Shown: in pieces, positions 48,900 through 59,915 of the stretch
How positions within the stretch are numbered: position 1 is the stretch's first letter
Layout: each line of letters starts with the position of its first letter
DNA from: Clostridia bacterium
Lineage (GTDB): Bacteria; Bacillota; Clostridia; CAKSNL01; HGM11501
Reading direction: 5' to 3'
NCBI GenBank assembly: GCA_045545475.1
Contig: JAZQAZ010000010.1
Location: 96,001-160,000 of the forward strand
Length of the DNA stretch: 64,000 nt
Made by a program: the position numbers and the translations under genes
Notes under the pieces: model-generated
Databases searched by the model: none
What the model was told of the DNA's origin: nothing
What the model saw: the letters and a program-made list of their open reading frames with translations, nothing else

Positions 48900-51728
48900 A
48901 TGGATAAGAAACGCTTTGAAAACCCCGGCAGTGAATACCGCGCAAAACCTTTCTGGTCCTGGAACGGAAAACTTTCAAAGGAAGAGATTATAAGACAGGT
49001 GGATATCCTTCGTGAAATGGGCTTTGGCGGCTATTTCATGCATTCCAGAGTCGGTCTTATTACAGAGTATCTCGGCGATGAGTGGTTTGATATAATAAAC
49101 GCCTGCTCCGAGTACGGTGATAAAGTGGGAATGGAAAACTGGCTTTATGATGAAGACCGCTGGCCCTCCGGCAGTGCAGGCGGAATTGTGACGGAGAATA
49201 AAGAGTATCGTCAGAAGTTTATAAGAATGAATATGAGACTTACGGATAATGCTTTCGCAGCATTTGCTTGTCGCCTTGACGGTGTAAAGGCTTTCGATAT
49301 CGAGCCTTATGACAAGGAAAAAGCAAGCGATAAGGATATAATTTCCTTTGAAATTATTGAAAGACCTACAAGTCCCGAATATAACGGTAATACATATCTT
49401 GACACAATGAAAAAGGAAGCAACTGAAGGCTTCATAAAATCCACCCACGAAAAGTATAAAAAATACTGCGGTGAAAAAATCGGAAACAGTATAAAGGGTA
49501 TATTTACCGATGAACCTCACAGGGGAGAACTTATGATTTCCGTTGTAAGGGACGGTATGGATTATACCAACTGTGCTCCTTATACAGATAATTTCTTTGA
49601 GATTTTTAAAGAGAAATGGGGCTATGATTTAAAGGAACATTTACCGGAATTGTTTTTAAAGAAAGACGGAGAAGATGTTTCCAAAGTTAAATGGCATTAC
49701 TCGGAAACGGCGGCAGCTTTATTCATTGAAAATTTTGTAAAGCCAATAGGCGATTGGTGTCTTGACAATAATCTTATACTTACGGGGCATCTTCTTCATG
49801 AAGATACCTTATCTGCAGGTGCAATTATGGCAGGCTCACTTATGCGTTGTTATGAGCATATGCAGTATCCGGGTGTTGATATTTTAGGACAGAACAGCCA
49901 TTATAACATTGTTAAACAGCTTTCCTCAGTTGCTCATCAGTGCGGAAAGAAGCATCTTTTGTCTGAGCTTTACGGTGCAACCGGCTGGGAAATGAGAATT
50001 GAAGACTATAAAAATATGGGAGACTGGCAATCACTCATGGGAATCGACTTAAGATGCCCGCACCTTTCCTGGTATACAATGATGGGTGAGTGCAAGAGAG
50101 ACTATCCCGCAAGCATATTCTATCAGTCCTCCTGGTATAAGGAGTATAAGCATTTAGAAGACTATTTTGCAAGAATAGCATCCTTCTTAGGTGAGGGAGA
50201 ATCCACGGCGGATGTGCTTGTTATAAGCCCTCTTGAAAGTATGTGGTGTCAGATTTATGCAGGTTGGGGCAAGTGGCTTGAAGCAACAGATCCTGCCTGT
50301 CTTGAGCTTGAAAGAAAATATGCGGATATGTATCGCTTCCTTCTTTCAAACAATGTGGAATTTGATTATGGCGATGAAGAAATGCTTGCAAGAATGGCAA
50401 AAATTGAAAATGGCGTAATCAAGTTCGGTAATGCTGAATATAAAAAGGTAATAGTATCCGGTATGCTCACAATGAGAAGCAGTACGCTTTCGCTGCTTAA
50501 GGAATTTGAGAAAGCGGGAGGAATAGTTGCAGTCGAAGAGCTTCCTTCCTATATTGATGCTGAAAAGGCAGAATTTACATTGGGAAATGCTTCTATGGAA
50601 GATATATTAAAAGACCGCAAACTCATAGCGGATGAACCTTCCGTATTTTCTGCGGTAAAGAAAGAAAAAGACGGAACATACCTTGTTGCACTTCTTAACA
50701 TGGATACAGAGTCAGGTAAAACTTTCAAATGTACTTTCCCGGAAGGAATACTTACCGAGTGGTGTCCTGAAAGCGGAAAAGTGAAAAATGTAAGCTTTAC
50801 GGGCGAAATCACCCTTGAAGCAGGCGAAATGAGGCTTTTTACCGTGGGTAAAGCATTTGAAGCTGAAGCATCAAATGAGGAAAGCCTTCCGGAAATAATG
50901 CTTTCCAATGAATTTACATATAGACTCGATGAACCGAATGTGCTTGTGGTGGAAAAGGCAAAATGCCTTGCAGAAGGCGAAGAATTTGAGGATGATATCC
51001 TCAAAATTGACAGGTATCTCCGAGATAAAGCAGGTATTCCTTACCGTGGCGGAGCAATGTATCAGCCGTGGTACACGGCTAAAAATCCCACAGTAGAATA
51101 TTTCCCCTTTGAACTTACTTATTCCTTTACATCCGAGATTGAAACAGAAGGCTATATCGCCTCAGAATGGGATGAAGCGAAGGTAAACGGAAAGAATGTT
51201 ACTTTTACGGATGACTGGTGGGTTGATCCTTGCTTCAGAAAAGCAAAAATCAAAATCGAAAAGGGAATTAACACCGTTACGGTCAAGGGGATTTATACAG
51301 AAAAGGTAAACCTTGAAGCTATATATATTCTTGGAGACTTTGGCGTATTTGACGGAGTTATAAAAGAAAGTCCTGAAAAAATCACTTATGGTGATATAAC
51401 CAAGCAGGGATTTACGCTTTACGGAGGAAAAATCACATATATTTTCAATCAGAAGGTAGAAAAAAAATCAAGCCTTACCTTAAGCTCTATGGGAAATGCA
51501 TCGGCAATACGCGTAAACGGCAAAGTTCTTGCATGGAAACCTTATAGAGTCGAGGTTGAACCTTGCGATAAAATCGAAATTGAACTTTCGCTTACAAGAA
51601 GAAATACCTTCGGACCTTTGCACAGAGTTCCTTTCAGAAAGGGCGGAGGCCCCGACGGATTTGTTACATACAATAATGCGTGGAGCGACGATTTTATTAC
51701 AATGCCCTGCGGTCTTGAAAAACAATAA
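48900..51728 (+). CDS. GH106-like glycoside hydrolase (alpha-L-rhamnosidase family)
   Basis: PFWSWNG, MHSRVG, WLYDEDRWPSG, FTDEP, SELYG. Confidence 0.75.
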   Translation: MDKKRFENPGSEYRAKPFWSWNGKLSKEEIIRQVDILREMGFGGYFMHSRVGLITEYLGDEWFDIINACSEYGDKVGMENWLYDEDRWPSGSAGGIVTENKEYRQKFIRMNMRLTDNAFAAFACRLDGVKAFDIEPYDKEKASDKDIISFEIIERPTSPEYNGNTYLDTMKKEATEGFIKSTHEKYKKYCGEKIGNSIKGIFTDEPHRGELMISVVRDGMDYTNCAPYTDNFFEIFKEKWGYDLKEHLPELFLKKDGEDVSKVKWHYSETAAALFIENFVKPIGDWCLDNNLILTGHLLHEDTLSAGAIMAGSLMRCYEHMQYPGVDILGQNSHYNIVKQLSSVAHQCGKKHLLSELYGATGWEMRIEDYKNMGDWQSLMGIDLRCPHLSWYTMMGECKRDYPASIFYQSSWYKEYKHLEDYFARIASFLGEGESTADVLVISPLESMWCQIYAGWGKWLEATDPACLELERKYADMYRFLLSNNVEFDYGDEEMLARMAKIENGVIKFGNAEYKKVIVSGMLTMRSSTLSLLKEFEKAGGIVAVEELPSYIDAEKAEFTLGNASMEDILKDRKLIADEPSVFSAVKKEKDGTYLVALLNMDTESGKTFKCTFPEGILTEWCPESGKVKNVSFTGEITLEAGEMRLFTVGKAFEAEASNEESLPEIMLSNEFTYRLDEPNVLVVEKAKCLAEGEEFEDDILKIDRYLRDKAGIPYRGGAMYQPWYTAKNPTVEYFPFELTYSFTSEIETEGYIASEWDEAKVNGKNVTFTDDWWVDPCFRKAKIKIEKGINTVTVKGIYTEKVNLEAIYILGDFGVFDGVIKESPEKITYGDITKQGFTLYGGKITYIFNQKVEKKSSLTLSSMGNASAIRVNGKVLAWKPYRVEVEPCDKIEIELSLTRRNTFGPLHRVPFRKGGGPDGFVTYNNAWSDDFITMPCGLEKQ

Positions 51729-51729
51729 T

Positions 51730-51768
51730 AAAAAAAGCCATGAAAACTCAGTTTTTCATGGCTTTTTT
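51730..51768. terminator. Bidirectional intrinsic terminator
   Basis: AAAAAAAGCCATGAAAA...TTTTCATGGCTTTTTTT. Confidence 0.85.
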
Positions 51769-52674
51769 ATATTCGCTTGGAGACATTCCGGTCTCTTGTT
51801 TAAAATGCTTGTAAAATGTATTCATATCCCTATAACCTGCTTCCTCGGCAATTTCTGTAATGGGGCGATCCGTTGCACCTAAAACTCCGCAGCTAAGGTT
51901 TATTCGCAAGTTTCGTAAATAGTCTGTAAAGGTTTGTCCCGTAACTGTTTTAAATCGTCTTGAAAGATACTGCCTGCTTAATCCTTCCTTTTCGGCAAAC
52001 TTGTTTATGGAAAGATCCGGCACCTTTATGTTTTCCTTTCCGTACTGCAAAACTCTCAGTATCAAATCGTCACGGGATTTTACATCCCTGTCTGTGATCT
52101 GACGCATTGCATGGATTATTATTTCATTTAAGTGGCTTCTTAAAATTTCTTCACTTCCGATATCTGAAGAATCATATTCTTTAATCATATCTTCAAGCAG
52201 GTTTCTTATCCTTTTCTGCTTGTCGTCCTTAAAAACAAAGCGCCCCGGGTCTGCATTAAGCATACCTTTAAGGAAATAAAAGGGATGGGAGGCCAGACAC
52301 TCTCCGAGGTCACGGCAGGAATCAAGCATTGGGTTTAAAAAACGGGGGAGAAAGGCACAGTTTATTATGTAAGCTGTTTTTCCCGAATGTAGCTTGTACT
52401 GATGAACATCATCGTAGTTTACAAATATAAAATCTCCCTTACCCAACATAACTCGTTCGTCACCGATATAATGAACCATCTTTCCGCTTATTACATAGGC
52501 AAGCTCGATATAGTCGTGGTTGTGCTTGGCGGAGTCATACTGAAGCCAGTGGAAGACGCAGATATTTTTAACCTTGTTGTCCCTTGAAATATAATTCTGC
52601 CTTTGAATATGGTAGCTTGGTTCATTGGTAAAATAGTTTCTTTCCCAGGATAATCTTAAGTTTTTCTGCCTCAT
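51748..52674 (-). CDS. AraC family regulator (cupin sensor)
   Basis: HNHDYIELAYV; YLSRRFK..TG; GYRDMNTFYKHFK..TGMSP. Confidence 0.9.
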   Translation of the reverse strand: MRQKNLRLSWERNYFTNEPSYHIQRQNYISRDNKVKNICVFHWLQYDSAKHNHDYIELAYVISGKMVHYIGDERVMLGKGDFIFVNYDDVHQYKLHSGKTAYIINCAFLPRFLNPMLDSCRDLGECLASHPFYFLKGMLNADPGRFVFKDDKQKRIRNLLEDMIKEYDSSDIGSEEILRSHLNEIIIHAMRQITDRDVKSRDDLILRVLQYGKENIKVPDLSINKFAEKEGLSRQYLSRRFKTVTGQTFTDYLRNLRINLSCGVLGATDRPITEIAEEAGYRDMNTFYKHFKQETGMSPSEYKKAMKN

Positions 52675-52827
52675 AAAATCGCCTCCTTATGTTATTATAT
52701 TTGGCAATTTTATAAAAGTCAATATAAAAGTTTACAAATGCACTATAAATTTGATACAAAAACGTATTGCATTATAATTTATGTTCATTTAAAATAAAAT
52801 TATTCAAAAAGAAAGGACGGAAAAACA

Positions 52828-55536
52828 ATGAAAAAAGTATTGAAACTTGCACTTATTTCTCTTATGATTTTGTCGCTTCTTCCGTTTACGGCTATGGCAA
52901 AAGAAGTAAGCTATAAAGCGACGGATTCTGCTGTAAGAGAAAATGCTCCAACAGTTGAAAATTACATCAAATTCACCAGGGAGTACGGGTATTTTGAGAT
53001 AAAGGATGTTGACCTTACGGGGATAAATTCCGTCTCCGTTACAAGTCATCACGCCGATTCGGATTCCAGCTATGACGGTGACTATCTTTTTGTCAGACTT
53101 GATTCCCCAAAGGGTAAATCAATCGGAACAATTAACATTGATACAAGCGCTTCAGGCGTCGATAAGGTCTTTAAGGGAAGCATCGAAAAAACAGAAGGCG
53201 TGCACAATGTATACATAATGAGCTATTTAAGTGCCAACGGCACATTTGTAAAGGATGTTACCTTCTCAAGTGAAGTGTATAACGGTGCATATGTTCCGGC
53301 TGACAGAAGCAAGTATCAGGATACTCACTCATCAACCTGGGCACTTACTGACGACTACGGTGTGAGAGCAGCGGATTTTGAAGAGGTAGGAAAACTTGAC
53401 GAAAACAAAAAGGTTGGTATATTTTATTGGACCTGGCACGCGAGAAAACCATCTCAGTATCACAAGGCCTTCAACAATACGGAATTTATTAAAATGCATC
53501 CCGAAGCAAAATATGATTATGCTAACAGATTATGGCCTACAAGCAGCACGGAGTTTTACTGGAATGAACCGCTTTTCGGGTTTTATTCGGGAACTGACTA
53601 CTGGGTAATGAGAAAACATGCGACCATGCTTAAAAACGCAGGAGTTGACGCCCTTTTCTTTGATGCCACAAACGGACACAAAACCTGGAGAAGCCAGTAC
53701 GAAGTGCTCTTTTCCGCACTTTACGATTCCTTGGAGGCAGGAAATGATGTGCCCAAGGTTGCATTTATGTGTAATTTCAGCAGCACCGTAGCAGAAGGAA
53801 AGAGCAATTTGAAGCGACTTTATTCAGGCGCATATAAAGACGGCAAATATTCTGACCTTTGGTTTATGTGGGAAGGAAAACCTGTTGTAATGGCATATCC
53901 CGAACACTTAAAGCCTGAAGAAGGCGATGAGCTTGATGCAAAGCTAATGGAAGAGATGCTTGACTTCTTCACCTTCAGACCGGGACAACCTTCTTACAAT
54001 ACAGGTTCAACAAGAGAAGACCACTGGGGTTGGCTTGAAATGTATCCTCAGAATAAATTCGGAGATAACGGCGACGGAACCTATGAGCAGGTTACGGTTG
54101 GTGTTGCTGCAAATTTCTCATATATATCAAACTCAAAAGTCGCTATGAACGATCAGTATGTAACAGGCAGAGGCTATACCACCGGTCTTGGAGATGATAA
54201 GAGTACGGAAGGAAAGAAGAAGGGATACTTCTTCCGTGAACAGTTATCCCGTGCTCTTGAGGTTGATCCTGAATTTATGTTCATTACAGGATGGAACGAA
54301 TGGAGAGCGGGAAGATATCAGTCCTGGGGCGGAACGCCCAATGCCTTTCCCGATCAGTTCGACGATAACGGAAGCCGTGATATGGAACCTTCGAAAGGAG
54401 AACTTAAAGACCTTTACTACTGTTATCTTGTAGATGCCGTAAGAAGATTTAAGAGTGCAGAAATGCTTCCCGAAGCATCGGCTGAAATTACCATTGACTT
54501 AACAGATCTTTCTGCCTGGGATGCAGTCACACCCGAGTATTACAATGACAAGGGAACATATACCCGTGATAATCAGGGCTTTAGTAACATTCGTTACACA
54601 AATGATACTATGAGAAACAACCCCATAAAAGCGAAGGTGGCAAGAGATAAAGAAAATATTTATTTTATGGCAGAGTGCGAAGAAACATTAAAGGGTGAAG
54701 GAGATTCCTCCTTTATGAACCTTTATATTGATTCTGACAGACTGCATAAAACAGGCTGGGAAGGATTTGACTATGTAATAGCTGGCACAAAGGTTTATGC
54801 ACTTGCATCTGACGGTACAAGAAACGAAGCAGGAAATGCGGAATACAAGATAACGGGAAGCACCATCGCAGTAAAGGTTTCACGAACTCTTATTAATCTC
54901 TCAGGCACACTTGACTTTGAATTCAAGTGGACAGATAACGTGGTAACAAAAGACATTCTTGACTTCTACAGTTACGGATGTGTTGCACCTATGGGCCGCT
55001 TTAACTATCGCTATAAAGAGACAAAATCCGTTTCCTTAAGCGATGCAGAAAGAGCTTCACTTAAGAATACAGGCGTATTCAAGGCAGGCAGCGCAAAGAT
55101 GTTTGTAAACGGCGGCATGTGCGACCTTTCACCGAAAAATCCCGGTGTAACTGCCTTTGAAAAGGACGGAACACTCTATATTCCTTCCGAATCATTTGAT
55201 AAAGTTATGGGATTCGGCAGAGCAAGAACAGAATATGATTCATTCTACAATATGCTCTTTACTTATAATTATGAGCTTTCTGAAGATGAGACAGAAGTTG
55301 TAAACTATATATGGACGGCAACAAAAGTCGGCAGTGCAGAAACGAGAGTAAACGGAAAGTATAAAACTCTTACACATCCCTTAATTTCTGAAAACGGAAT
55401 AGTTTACATTCCGCTTTCGTTAATAACCGATTGCTACGGCTGGAATATTTACGTTGCAGGCAACGGAGTTTATGCAGTAGGTTATGATGGAATAAGCGCA
55501 TCAGGCGTAAATGCTGCAGTGGCTTATTTTAATTAA
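52828..55536 (+). CDS. Secreted CBM6-like + GH99/GH71-like glycoside hydrolase + stalk domain
   Basis: VRLDSPKG..IG; VGIFYWTWH, EPLFGFY, FFDATN, ITGWNEW, DMEP. Confidence 0.65.
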   Translation: MKKVLKLALISLMILSLLPFTAMAKEVSYKATDSAVRENAPTVENYIKFTREYGYFEIKDVDLTGINSVSVTSHHADSDSSYDGDYLFVRLDSPKGKSIGTINIDTSASGVDKVFKGSIEKTEGVHNVYIMSYLSANGTFVKDVTFSSEVYNGAYVPADRSKYQDTHSSTWALTDDYGVRAADFEEVGKLDENKKVGIFYWTWHARKPSQYHKAFNNTEFIKMHPEAKYDYANRLWPTSSTEFYWNEPLFGFYSGTDYWVMRKHATMLKNAGVDALFFDATNGHKTWRSQYEVLFSALYDSLEAGNDVPKVAFMCNFSSTVAEGKSNLKRLYSGAYKDGKYSDLWFMWEGKPVVMAYPEHLKPEEGDELDAKLMEEMLDFFTFRPGQPSYNTGSTREDHWGWLEMYPQNKFGDNGDGTYEQVTVGVAANFSYISNSKVAMNDQYVTGRGYTTGLGDDKSTEGKKKGYFFREQLSRALEVDPEFMFITGWNEWRAGRYQSWGGTPNAFPDQFDDNGSRDMEPSKGELKDLYYCYLVDAVRRFKSAEMLPEASAEITIDLTDLSAWDAVTPEYYNDKGTYTRDNQGFSNIRYTNDTMRNNPIKAKVARDKENIYFMAECEETLKGEGDSSFMNLYIDSDRLHKTGWEGFDYVIAGTKVYALASDGTRNEAGNAEYKITGSTIAVKVSRTLINLSGTLDFEFKWTDNVVTKDILDFYSYGCVAPMGRFNYRYKETKSVSLSDAERASLKNTGVFKAGSAKMFVNGGMCDLSPKNPGVTAFEKDGTLYIPSESFDKVMGFGRARTEYDSFYNMLFTYNYELSEDETEVVNYIWTATKVGSAETRVNGKYKTLTHPLISENGIVYIPLSLITDCYGWNIYVAGNGVYAVGYDGISASGVNAAVAYFN

Positions 55537-55550
55537 AGGAGGCGAAAGTA

Positions 55551-58052
55551 ATGAAAAAATTGATGTCTTTTATGCTTACAGGATTTATGCTTTTGTCTCT
55601 TATGATAGCGACAAATGCAGAAGGAAATACCATAGCGAAGGATTCATCATGGAAAATTTCTGCGACGGATAATATGGCGGGTTCACCTCCGGCATTCGCT
55701 TTTGACGGAAATCCGGAAACAATGTATCATTCGTTTTATAAAGTTAATCCCGACGGCACAATGAGCTATGAAAGAAACAACCACGCTATAACAGTTGATT
55801 TCGGAAAAACCATAAATGTATCCGGTTTTACATATCAGGCAAGAAATGACAATAAATCAGGCGTGATGACGGCATATGCCGTTTATGCATCCACCGATGG
55901 CGTTAACTTTAAGGAAATACATACCGGAACCTTTAATTACGGAGAAGACTATACGGATACTTCCTTAAAAACTGCTTCATGGGGTAATACGGAAATGAGA
56001 GCAATAAAGCTTGTTTCCATCGAGGCTTATGCAGGTCACTTTACAGCACCTGAAATCACATTTTTGGAGGGAACAAGCGGAAGCAAAAACGGAAGCGGGG
56101 CATCTTATGTTCCCACCGGAGCTGAGGCAGAAGAAGCTAAGAAAGCGGATAAAAACAATGTTTCTCTGGATGAAGTCGGCGGAAGCATAATAGAAAAGGA
56201 TGCAACATGGAAATTTTCTGCAACCGACAATTATAGAGGAATGGGTCCTGAGCTTGCCTTTGACGGAAATGATAAAACTTACTATCACTCCTTCTACGAG
56301 GTTACAGAAAGCGGAATGAACTGGCAGAGAAACGGCCACGCCATAACAGTTGATTTCGGAAAGAAAATCATGGTGTCAGGCTGGATATACCAAAGGAGAA
56401 CAGATGACAAGTCCGGTACAATAACAGGCTATGAAATTTATACTTCCGAAAACGGAACGGACTTTACTAAAATTTACACAGGAGCCTTTAACTACGGCAC
56501 GGACTATTCAGACCTTACGGCAAAAATAGGCTCCTGGGGTGATACTGAAACACGTTATATAAAAATTGTTTCAACTGAGGGTTATGCAGGACACGCCACC
56601 GCCGTGGAAATTTCATTCCTCACCGGAAGCAAGAGAGTAGAAGAGACGACAGAAGAAAATCAGAAATCAGAGGAACTTTATACTGCGGAAAACGGAGTGA
56701 AATCCATTTCAAGAAAGGGCTGGAAAGTTTCCGTTAATTCCGACCTTAATAATGGTATTGCAAATATCATTGACGGAGACACAAAGAGCTATTGGCACTC
56801 ATGGTATAAGGCATCCGGAACAACCGTAACAGAAAAAGATGGCTTACCTTACGAAATTGAAGTTGTGCTTCCGAAAGTTGAAACAATCTCAGGCATTATA
56901 TTCATTCCGAGACAGGACAATCAGAGCGGTCGTTTTATATCAACCAACGTTTATGCTTCGGAAAGTGACGAAGGGGAATATTTCCTTCTTACGGAAGGCT
57001 TTGCCACAGAAACAAATCCCGACACAAAAGAGCTTTTATATAACTCAAATGTAAAGGCGAAGAAAATAAAAATCGAGGTTATGGCTGCCTACGGAACCTA
57101 TGGCACACTGGCAGAGCTTTATATACTTGGCGAAAATAAGGATGCAGCTACCGTAAGCTATGAAGAGTTTGCGGAAAATGAAAAGAAGCATAAGATGTAT
57201 GCTATTAACAAGGCTAATATGCGGGCATCATCTGAAACACCATCATGGTCAGAGCACGTTCCGGGACAGGTGCTTGACGGAACAACCGAAAACTTCTGGC
57301 AGACTGAATGGGTTTCTGAAGGGACAACAATAAGCCTCAAGGTTGATCTCGGCACTGTTACTGAGTTTTCAAAAATAAGCTATCTTCCGAGACAGACTGA
57401 GGACCACCACGGTCTTTGGAAAAATGTTACAATCTGGGTTAGTGAGGACGGCGAGGACTGGAAAGCCGCAAAGGAAAATATTGCCGTAGAGCAGACTTTA
57501 GGAGAACACATTTTTGACCTTGGCGGAAACGTAAGTGCAAGGTATGTTGACTTTGAAATAACAGACTTTGAGGCTTCCCGCGCATCCTGCGCCGAAATTA
57601 ATTTCTGGCAGGACTACGAAACATATTTGAAATACGGAGCACAGGGAGAAAAATACACTCTTAAAATTGATTCAAATATAATCAAGGTTGAAAAAGGAAA
57701 GAACTCTTATGAAAAGCAGTTAGATGTTGCACCTTACATTGTAAATGGATCTACATTGATTCCCTTAAGGGGATTGCTTGAAGAAATGGGGGCAACTGTT
57801 TCTTGGGATGGTGAAACTCAGACAGTGACCCTTGAAAAGGGAGCATTGAAGCTTGAGCTTCAGATATGGAGCAAGATGGTTTATGCCGAGACTGCTGCAT
57901 ACGGAAGAGTACGTCACACAATGCTTAACTTCCCTGTAATAAAGGATTCAAGAACCTTTATTCCCATCCGCTTTGTTTCAGAACAGCTTGGATACACAGT
58001 TTCATGGGATGGCGAGACGAGAACTGTAACAATTACTACTCCCGAAGTATAA
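55551..58052 (+). CDS. Secreted 4x F5/8-type C (CBM32) protein with stalk domain, no recognisable catalytic domain
   Basis: Four DG...(HS/WQ) discoidin units; TLIPLRG / TFIPIRFVSE. Confidence 0.75.
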   Translation: MKKLMSFMLTGFMLLSLMIATNAEGNTIAKDSSWKISATDNMAGSPPAFAFDGNPETMYHSFYKVNPDGTMSYERNNHAITVDFGKTINVSGFTYQARNDNKSGVMTAYAVYASTDGVNFKEIHTGTFNYGEDYTDTSLKTASWGNTEMRAIKLVSIEAYAGHFTAPEITFLEGTSGSKNGSGASYVPTGAEAEEAKKADKNNVSLDEVGGSIIEKDATWKFSATDNYRGMGPELAFDGNDKTYYHSFYEVTESGMNWQRNGHAITVDFGKKIMVSGWIYQRRTDDKSGTITGYEIYTSENGTDFTKIYTGAFNYGTDYSDLTAKIGSWGDTETRYIKIVSTEGYAGHATAVEISFLTGSKRVEETTEENQKSEELYTAENGVKSISRKGWKVSVNSDLNNGIANIIDGDTKSYWHSWYKASGTTVTEKDGLPYEIEVVLPKVETISGIIFIPRQDNQSGRFISTNVYASESDEGEYFLLTEGFATETNPDTKELLYNSNVKAKKIKIEVMAAYGTYGTLAELYILGENKDAATVSYEEFAENEKKHKMYAINKANMRASSETPSWSEHVPGQVLDGTTENFWQTEWVSEGTTISLKVDLGTVTEFSKISYLPRQTEDHHGLWKNVTIWVSEDGEDWKAAKENIAVEQTLGEHIFDLGGNVSARYVDFEITDFEASRASCAEINFWQDYETYLKYGAQGEKYTLKIDSNIIKVEKGKNSYEKQLDVAPYIVNGSTLIPLRGLLEEMGATVSWDGETQTVTLEKGALKLELQIWSKMVYAETAAYGRVRHTMLNFPVIKDSRTFIPIRFVSEQLGYTVSWDGETRTVTITTPEV

Positions 58053-58055
58053 TTA

Positions 58056-58087
58056 AAAGCTCCGAAACATTGTTTCGGAGCTTTTTT
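58056..58087 (+). terminator. Intrinsic terminator
   Basis: AAAGCTCCGAAACA-t-TGTTTCGGAGCTTTTTT. Confidence 0.85.
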
Positions 58088-58144
58088 AGCTAATTTCTTG
58101 TAAAATAGAAAGATGTGTGATATAATTAAAAAGAGGTGATTTTT

Positions 58145-59173
58145 ATGCCGCTTCAGATTATACGAGAAGACATAACCAGGATGAGGGTTGATGCTATTGT
58201 AAACCCTTCCAATGAAATACTCTGGCCGGGAGGCGGAACTGATGCCGCTATTCACAAGGCCGCAGGCTCGGCCCTGCTGTCAGCTTGTCAGGCCCTTGGC
58301 GGTTGCAAGGTAGGAGAAGCGAAGATAACAAATTCATTTAAGCTTCCAAGTAAATATGTCATACATACAGTTGGCCCTGTGTGGAGGGGCGGGCTGAACA
58401 ACGAAAAGGAAAAACTTATATCCTGCTACAGAGAATCTCTTAAGCTTGCAAAGGAAAATGATTGCGAAAGTATAGCTATTCCGCTTATTTCATCAGGAAC
58501 ATACGGCTATCCGAAAGACAGTGTTTTGAAAATAGCCATTCAAGCCGTGAGTGAGTTTCTTTTCACGGAAGAAATGATGGTCTATATTGTGGTTTTTGAT
58601 AAAAAATCCTATAGTTTCAGCGAAAAACTGTTTTCGGACATCAAGGCCTATATAGATGACAGCTATGTAGATGAGCACTCGGACTTTTATACAAATTGTA
58701 AAGACTTGGGAGAAGAGCGACCGTTAATGAATTCTATGCCACTACCTTCCGAAAAAAGGTGTATGAGAATTAACGATGGTGCATTTGAACCCGGAGATGA
58801 ACTTGAAAAAATTATTTTGGAGCTGGATGAACCTTTTTCTGTCAAGCTGTTAAAGCTCATAGATGAAAAGGGATTTACGGATGTAGAGTGTTATAAAAAA
58901 TCGAATGTAAGCAAGAAAACCTTCTGGAAGATAGTGAATCAAAAGGGGTATAAGCCAAGTAAAAACACTGTACTTTCCTTTGCTATCGGACTGGAACTTA
59001 ACTTGGATGAAACACTTGCTTTGCTTAAAACTGTAGGACTTACACTATCATCCAGCGAGAAATTTGATGTAGTGATTAAGTATTTCATCGAAAGAGAGGT
59101 TTATAATATATTTGATATAAACGAAGCTCTTTTTGAATTAGATTTACCGTGTTTGGGCGGGGCAGTTTCTTGA
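58145..59173 (+). CDS. Macro-domain + XRE-like HTH fusion (paralog of 11387-12412)
   Basis: DITRMRVDAIVNPSN...GGGTDAAIH, HTVGP, PLISSGTYGYP; ECYKKSNVSKK..KPSK. Confidence 0.9.
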   Translation: MPLQIIREDITRMRVDAIVNPSNEILWPGGGTDAAIHKAAGSALLSACQALGGCKVGEAKITNSFKLPSKYVIHTVGPVWRGGLNNEKEKLISCYRESLKLAKENDCESIAIPLISSGTYGYPKDSVLKIAIQAVSEFLFTEEMMVYIVVFDKKSYSFSEKLFSDIKAYIDDSYVDEHSDFYTNCKDLGEERPLMNSMPLPSEKRCMRINDGAFEPGDELEKIILELDEPFSVKLLKLIDEKGFTDVECYKKSNVSKKTFWKIVNQKGYKPSKNTVLSFAIGLELNLDETLALLKTVGLTLSSSEKFDVVIKYFIEREVYNIFDINEALFELDLPCLGGAVS

Positions 59174-59217
59174 GTCTCCCGACGGGAGACCAAAAGCGAT
59201 TCCCGAATGAGTATAAT
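59174..59217 (+). promoter_or_regulatory. Palindrome GTCTC-N7-GAGAC-C, 20 bp upstream of TATAAT
   Basis: Same geometry as 10775-10732. Confidence 0.7.
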
Positions 59218-59272
59218 GTGGTTGTAAGGTAAAAAAACCTTAAATCACATTATTTTTTTGGGAGGATTTATT

Positions 59273-59914
59273 ATGAGAGAAATGGTAAAAAACAACATAA
59301 CGGAAATGGTGTTCATTATTGACAGGAGCGGATCGATGACAGGCCTTGAAGCAGATACTGTGGGTGGATTTAATTCCATGATTGAAAAGCAGAAAAAGCT
59401 TCCGGGAAAAGCTTATGTTTCAACAGTTCTTTTTAATCATGAAAATACGGTTGTTTACGACAGAGTACCGCTGGAGAATATAGAGCCTATGAAACTTTCG
59501 GACTATGAACCGCTTGGAACAACTGCCTTGCTTGATGCAATAGGCGAGGCTGTTTATCACATTAAAAACATTCACAAGTATGCAAGAAAAGAGGACGTTC
59601 CCGAGCATACTGTCTTTGTTATTACGACTGACGGAATGGAAAATGCAAGCCGTAGATTTGACAGTAAAACCATAAAGAAACTGATTAAGCAGTATGAAGA
59701 AGAATACGGCTGGGAGTTTCTTTTTATAGGGGCCAACATCGATGCGGTTGAAACGGCCTCTGACTTGGGAATAAGACAGGAACGAGCTGCAAATTACAAT
59801 GCAACGGCAAAAGGTACAAAGATGCTTTACGAGGTTGTAAGTGATACGATGTCTTGCCTGCGTTTTGACTCACCGGTTGAAGCAGGATGGGCAGATAAGT
59901 TAAAGGAGGATTGA
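59273..59914 (+). CDS. vWA domain protein
   Basis: DRSGS, TALLDA, ITTDGMEN. Confidence 0.9.
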   Translation: MREMVKNNITEMVFIIDRSGSMTGLEADTVGGFNSMIEKQKKLPGKAYVSTVLFNHENTVVYDRVPLENIEPMKLSDYEPLGTTALLDAIGEAVYHIKNIHKYARKEDVPEHTVFVITTDGMENASRRFDSKTIKKLIKQYEEEYGWEFLFIGANIDAVETASDLGIRQERAANYNATAKGTKMLYEVVSDTMSCLRFDSPVEAGWADKLKED

Positions 59915-59915
59915 G

